DNA from: a bacterium
Lineage (GTDB): Bacteria > Omnitrophota > Gorgyraeia > Zapsychrales > Zapsychraceae
Length of the DNA stretch: 64,000 nt
Direction: 5' to 3'
Assembly (NCBI GenBank): GCA_030429765.1
Contig: JAUIER010000004.1
Location: 97,131-161,130, forward strand
Positions within the stretch are counted from its first letter, which is position 1, and the number at the start of each line of letters is the position of its first letter. The notes under the pieces are model-generated. The model saw only the letters and a program-made list of their open reading frames with translations, made no database searches and had not been told where the DNA came from. Below are positions 59,204-64,000 of this stretch, in pieces. Made by a program: the position numbers and the translations under genes.

Positions 59204-59964
59204 ATCTTCCCCCTTGTTGGCATGTGCCTGACGATTCTCAACGACTGAACAAATTGCTCGCTTTCAAACGGCCCGCCCAAAAAATAGGATGCCCATTAAT
59301 TGAGCAGGGTCGTAAGTATAGGAAATCTCGAAACTTTTGTCAAGAATTAAATTTTTACCACTTTTGCACAAATTTTTACTATTTTGAAATAGCTATTTTC
59401 TCGACGTGGAACAGACATTCCCGGACAGACCCGGGCAGCTTTTTATGGCAAGCTCAAAAAATGAGCAATTTTTCGAATATAAAAATGCCATTAAATTGAG
59501 CATCCCCTCGATCCGAACTCGCTGTCCAGTCGGAGCTGACTCGGCCGACATGCCTGCTTGATTCATTTTACCTACAAATCCATAAACCCATATATACAAA
59601 CGCTTTACACTTCAGTAGATAAATGCCCACATCAACTTGTCGCATTCTAGGGCAGATGCCTTGATTTGTCGAACCGCGCCCCCATATTTCACCAAGAACT
59701 TAAATATCTTGTGTATATAGACTTATGAACATATTCGACAAGAGAATCGCGTGAAGGATAAAAAAGGCTCCCTCCCTCGAGACGAGCCGAATCAGCCACA
59801 GACACCCTACCCCACTCCGGTCTAAATGGCTAGTCAACAACGGCTGTCCTAGTTTGTCGGATGTTGTCATGTTGACAAAAATGTAATGATTGATATACAA
59901 TTAATCACAACTCCAATACGAATGACAACTTGGTATCATTGATAACGCGAAAGGTTTGACGATC

Positions 59965-60786
59965 ATGAACGACTTACTCTTGCAGCAGATCGAGAAAATA
60001 TCATTAGTTCAGCACAATCGAAATCTTATCCACGCCCTGTGTGGCCTGGACCTTGAAATACTCAGGACCGACGGATCACCCCTTCGGTCAGGTAACGGCA
60101 AACGCTCAAAATATCGTGGACCGAAGAGCGAAACTACGAGTTCCGCATCAACATCAAACGGCTCACAGATCAAATATTTACCACCCCATGTGCTCGCCCT
60201 GCTTCAAGAAACTCACGCGGCACAGACCTTCATCGACAGCGATGAATTCCACAAAATTGCGATTCCGATCATGATTAATGGAAATATGGTCGGCGTTGTC
60301 TACACCGGGGAAAACCAGCTCTTCCGCTTCAAGAACGGGCAGTTGCAGGAAATCACCAAGATCCTGACATCGTTCACGGAATATATTGTGAACAATGAAC
60401 TTACCCCGCTGGATATCAACTTTTACGCCAACGGCGAGATCACGCGGCAGCAGGAATTGCTCAACCGCGCGGTACGCTATATTAAGCAAAACTACCACTC
60501 CAACGACCTGACCCTACGCGAGGTCTCCAGCAATAACGGCATCAGCTACCATTATCTCAGTCGAATCTTCAAGAAGGAGCTGGACACCACATTCGCCCAG
60601 TACCGCAATAAGGTTCGGATGGACGCCGCCAAGAAAATGCTGAAAAATCGACGACTCTCCGTCAGCCAAATATCGTTTGCCTGCGGATTCGACGACCCGG
60701 CCTATTTCTGTAAGGTGTTCAAAAATTCATTCGGAATGTCTCCGACGAATTACCGGTCGCAACACTATTCAAAAAGCAAGGCCTAG
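59965..60786 (+). CDS. AraC family transcriptional regulator
   Basis: 273 aa from ATG codon 4 (track ORF begins at TTG); C-terminal dual HTH (...LTLREVSSNNGISYHYLSRIFKKE... FACGFDDPAYFCKVFKNSFGMSPTNYR). Confidence 0.75.
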   Translation: MNDLLLQQIEKISLVQHNRNLIHALCGLDLEILRTDGSPLRSGNGKRSKYRGPKSETTSSASTSNGSQIKYLPPHVLALLQETHAAQTFIDSDEFHKIAIPIMINGNMVGVVYTGENQLFRFKNGQLQEITKILTSFTEYIVNNELTPLDINFYANGEITRQQELLNRAVRYIKQNYHSNDLTLREVSSNNGISYHYLSRIFKKELDTTFAQYRNKVRMDAAKKMLKNRRLSVSQISFACGFDDPAYFCKVFKNSFGMSPTNYRSQHYSKSKA

Positions 60787-61041
60787 TCACAAACAGCTCC
60801 GTCGTGACTGTTCCATTAAAAAGTCCTAGCGATTGTCAAATTATTCCATTGATGATTCAAATTCGATTATGGTATATTGAGGCAGTTACTTACAATTAAA
60901 GAAAAATGCTGATATATATTTCAGACTTCCGAGATCCTCACTGACGTTTAGCTTACCTGCCGACGTTCAAGTTCAGGTGATCGGTTGATTATGGGTTAAT
61001 GTTGAAGGGCCCCCTACCCTTCAACGCCCATAATACTCCTC

Positions 61042-61075
61042 AAAAACCCTGTTAGAGATCCCTAACAGGGTTTTT
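61042..61075. terminator. strong bidirectional Rho-independent terminator immediately upstream of the STT3-like ORF
   Basis: AAAAA-CCCTGTTAG-agatcc-CTAACAGGG-TTTTT: perfect 9-bp GC-containing stem extended by A/T flanks; ends 1 nt before track ORF start 61077. Confidence 0.55.
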
Positions 61076-61076
61076 C

Positions 61077-63701
61077 TTGGCCTCACCTCGAAGAAATTCT
61101 GAAAACTTGATTCAAAACCCGGTGATCCTAGGTATAATCAGAGGCAGAAAAACCTTTGATGAAGGAAAACGACCTATCAAACGAATCCTGACTCACTCAC
61201 TCTTTATTGGATTGATCATCTGGATCATCGCCATGTGCATCGGGACATACTACCGCGTGTATCCGCTGCGCACATTTGTACCGAATGACTCTACGGAGAA
61301 AGCCTCGGTCATTGTGATGTCGCGGCTGCGATCCCAGGTCGACCGTCAGATCCGCCAACAGTATCCCGACATTTCCGCCGCGCAGAATATTAAATTGCGC
61401 GACCAGATGTTCCGGGAACTCCAGAAAAAAGACGGCGCCAAAATCCGGCAGGCCATTGAAAATCTCGCGCAGACAATCGACGCGCAATCTGGACCGACAC
61501 CCAATACCCCGTACATGCTCGCGTCGGACTCGTTTCACTTCTTACAACTCACCGAACAATTAATCGAAACAGGCCATATCAGTGACACCATCAAAGGCAG
61601 CAAATACCTCAACAAGTTAATGCTCGCACCGATCGGCCATTACGAACCGCTGACGCTTCACCCGCATGTCGGCGCCGGACTCTACTACACCCTTAGGTTA
61701 TTTCAACCGGACATCTCCCTCTCACACGCCTTGAGCTTTACGCCGATTGTCTTAACCGCGATAACCCTGATCGTTTTTATCTGGATCGCCGCGTTAATTC
61801 ACAGCCCGTGGGTGACAACACTAACGGCATCCATATTTCTGACCTGCTCTCCGATATTTGTCAAACGGTCGGCGTACGGCTGGTATGACAACGATCCATA
61901 CAACACCCTCTTTCCGCTTTTAATCCTCGCCCTGGTCATGAAGGCGTTACAGACCGGCGCGTCCCGTCGGTCCCAAATCATATTCGCGTGCTTGGCCGCG
62001 TTCACCACGCTTATCTATTCGATGTTCTGGCAGGGCTGGATGCTGGTATTTATGGTGGTGATCGGTACCGGCGTTGGATTGCTGCTGTTTCGGAAACTGC
62101 GCCCATCCACACCGCAAACCACTCGACAGCTGGCGACTGTCTTTGGCTTGATCGGCTTGCTGAGCTTTGCGATGATCGGCGTCAAATTCGGATTCCATGA
62201 ATTTTTCAATCTATTTGCGGAAGGCTACAAGGCCCTGGCCAACTTTGTCAAACCCCAACTCTCGGTTTGGCCGGACCTGTATATCAGCGTCGGAGAACTG
62301 CACAAGGCCACCCTCGCGGAAGTCATCGCCCTTACCGGCGGACGGATCTTTTTTGGCATCGGACTCATGGGAATCCTGCTGCAAACGGTCCGGACTGTCC
62401 TTAACCCTGAACGTCATTCACCGGCACCGCTTTTTTTGACGGGAATCTTTTATGTGTTTTCGATCTGGATCACGCTCGGCGCGCAGCGGTTTGCCTTACT
62501 GTGCCTGGTTCCGTTTAGCATCGCGTTTTTGATGGGGCTCAATCAAATCCACGAAATTGTCCACTGGCTCATGGGGCGACAACCATCGAATGGGCTGCTG
62601 CGCAATAGTACACGGATCATTGGCGGACTCCTGATCGTGACGTTGACCGTTATCCCGATTCGTCAACTGCAGCGCAATATCCCCGGATTGCTCAACCCGA
62701 TCTACAATGATACGTGGCACGCGGCCCTAACACAGATCGAACAGGGCACACCGCCCAACAGTATTGTCAACACCTGGTGGTCGCCCGGACATTTCATCAA
62801 GGCCACGGCCAAACGGCGCGTGACCTTTGACGGGGCCACGATCAACTATCCGCAGGCCTTCTGGATGACGCGGGTGTTTCTCAGTCAGACCGAAGAGGAG
62901 GCCATCGGCCTGCTGCGGATGCTGAACTCAAGCGCCAACCAGGCCGCCGAGTATCTGGCTGAACTGGGATTTTCCGTATCTGATAGCGTGGCGATCCTGC
63001 GAACCATCACCCGTATGGACCGCTACAAGGCCGGACTGATGTTACGGTCACGGATCGACGATGTTGAACAGATCAAGCACATCCTCAGCCTGACACATAC
63101 GCGGCCGGACCCATCCTACCTATTTTTATACAATGAACTCATTGAGAAAAATATTCAGTTCGCCTTTATCGGCAATTGGAACTTTGAAAGCATTGAGGCC
63201 CTGAATGAAAACCCCGAACGGCTGGCCAAAATCCCGGACCGAAGCTCTAAAGAGTATGTACAATTTTTATGGCAGCTGGCCGGCGGACCATTCAAATACA
63301 ATGCCCCGCTCAATGAGATGCATCGCAACGAACAAATGGTCCTCTTTGACGGCAACATCAAAGTAGATCTATTGACCAAGGATTGTCGGATCGATTCACC
63401 GAAATTCGGACGAGGCGCACCGCAAAGCATTTTCTTTACCCGAAACAATGAACTGATCGAACAAAAATTTGAAAACGGCACACTCCCCTTTTCTGTAATG
63501 CTCGTGGCGGAGAATAATAAATTCAGCGTGGTCCTTCTAGATCAAGCCCTCGCCCGGTCCATGCTCATGCGCCTGCATTACTACGGAGACACGGGCCTGA
63601 AATATTTTCGGCAGTTCACCCGCGAACGGGATCTCACCCGACGCACGGATATTCAGGTATTTGAAGTGGATTGGGATCAATTTGAAAGGGACGGCCGGTA
63701 G
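61077..63701 (+). CDS. large GT-C fold membrane protein, STT3/AglB/PglB-like oligosaccharyltransferase homolog (start codon uncertain)
   Basis: 874 aa as tracked (TTG start); ~13 TM helices then soluble C-terminal domain; NTWWSPGHFI (WWDYG-like) ~40 aa after last TM, ISVGE (SVSE/TIxE-like) in a late loop, YDNDPYN acidic loop motif; first in-frame ATG only at 61233. Confidence 0.45.
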   Translation: MASPRRNSENLIQNPVILGIIRGRKTFDEGKRPIKRILTHSLFIGLIIWIIAMCIGTYYRVYPLRTFVPNDSTEKASVIVMSRLRSQVDRQIRQQYPDISAAQNIKLRDQMFRELQKKDGAKIRQAIENLAQTIDAQSGPTPNTPYMLASDSFHFLQLTEQLIETGHISDTIKGSKYLNKLMLAPIGHYEPLTLHPHVGAGLYYTLRLFQPDISLSHALSFTPIVLTAITLIVFIWIAALIHSPWVTTLTASIFLTCSPIFVKRSAYGWYDNDPYNTLFPLLILALVMKALQTGASRRSQIIFACLAAFTTLIYSMFWQGWMLVFMVVIGTGVGLLLFRKLRPSTPQTTRQLATVFGLIGLLSFAMIGVKFGFHEFFNLFAEGYKALANFVKPQLSVWPDLYISVGELHKATLAEVIALTGGRIFFGIGLMGILLQTVRTVLNPERHSPAPLFLTGIFYVFSIWITLGAQRFALLCLVPFSIAFLMGLNQIHEIVHWLMGRQPSNGLLRNSTRIIGGLLIVTLTVIPIRQLQRNIPGLLNPIYNDTWHAALTQIEQGTPPNSIVNTWWSPGHFIKATAKRRVTFDGATINYPQAFWMTRVFLSQTEEEAIGLLRMLNSSANQAAEYLAELGFSVSDSVAILRTITRMDRYKAGLMLRSRIDDVEQIKHILSLTHTRPDPSYLFLYNELIEKNIQFAFIGNWNFESIEALNENPERLAKIPDRSSKEYVQFLWQLAGGPFKYNAPLNEMHRNEQMVLFDGNIKVDLLTKDCRIDSPKFGRGAPQSIFFTRNNELIEQKFENGTLPFSVMLVAENNKFSVVLLDQALARSMLMRLHYYGDTGLKYFRQFTRERDLTRRTDIQVFEVDWDQFERDGR

Positions 63702-63702
63702 A

Positions 63703-64000
63703 TTAGTATCCGGAGCCTTTGGAGTAGCGTTGCGATCGCCGCAACGCCTGAATGCGCTCCGCGCCTGTTGACGGAGGCTGATCGGCGGAGACATTGGCGC
63801 CGGGAAGACTTCCGCTTAAACGAACCGGCATTTTCTCAACCGCTTGATTACCGGAAAGCGCCGGCATCGCGCTAGGCGCCTCATCCCGCACCAGCTCGGA
63901 CTTCTGACGCCGGGGCGCGAAGAGCGGCGTTCCCATCTGCTGCGGACGTGTCGAGCGCCCCTGACGAACCATCATCTCCAACTGTTCAGCCAGATCATTG
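63703..64000 (-). CDS. 3' end of a reverse-strand gene continuing beyond the window (Pro/Ser/Ala/Arg-rich C-terminal tail), unknown function
   Basis: Frame stays open to the window edge (…NDLAEQLEMMVRQGRSTRPQQ…); GC-rich, low complexity. Confidence 0.3.
   Translation of the reverse strand, partial: NDLAEQLEMMVRQGRSTRPQQMGTPLFAPRRQKSELVRDEAPSAMPALSGNQAVEKMPVRLSGSLPGANVSADQPPSTGAERIQALRRSQRYSKGSGY

Noticed and set aside
63703-63981. Track lists a complete 92-aa reverse ORF
   Set aside because: The reading frame remains open to position 64000, so this is the 3' part of a longer gene cut by the window edge.
1-64000. CRISPR arrays, transposases, integrases, phage genes
   Set aside because: No direct-repeat/spacer periodicity, no transposase/integrase-like translations in any frame.

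Overview
This 64-kb window looks like a housekeeping chromosomal segment of an uncultured-type bacterium, roughly 50% GC, with about 65 genes on both strands. I found no transposase, integrase or CRISPR array.

Readable blocks, in order:
- A pterin cluster: folB, folK and a PTR1-like reductase.
- Divergent ispG / ispH with a plant-type [2Fe-2S] ferredoxin directly after ispH.
- A tri-domain MoaE-MoeB-rhodanese ORF, then murB.
- A long reverse-strand operon: nfu, PCD, rrf2, sufB, sufC, sufD, sufS, sufU, moaA.
- A FAD oxidase with two overlapping CDGSH genes and an unlisted tautomerase ORF, then metX, metW and nadA.
- A marR, adaptor and RND efflux operon in which the RND permease reads in-frame, with no stop, into a NodT-type outer membrane factor.
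- A cNMP-binding / degenerate ParA-like / patatin phospholipase fusion at the head of a beta-oxidation operon (ACAD, Fdx, RNA methyltransferase, FadB, FadA, PaaK-like ligase).
- A pentose-phosphate operon (split transketolase, transaldolase, pgl) with an embedded radical SAM protein.
- tRNA-Lys(CTT), followed by secreted small proteins and a thermonuclease.
- A secretin-less T2SS/T4P-like cluster (GspE, F, G, pseudopilins, K, L, PilP-like) whose ATPase carries an MshEN-like c-di-GMP motif.
- An AraC regulator, and a large STT3/AglB-like GT-C membrane protein with an unclear start.
- Two paralogous TMTC-like GT-C+TPR membrane proteins.

The most unusual items are the RND-OMF in-frame continuity, the cNMP-patatin fusion, the MoaE-MoeB-rhodanese fusion and the STT3-like gene with a terminator abutting its called start. 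All calls rest on reading the translations and motifs by eye. Coordinates of small motifs are approximate to a few nt.
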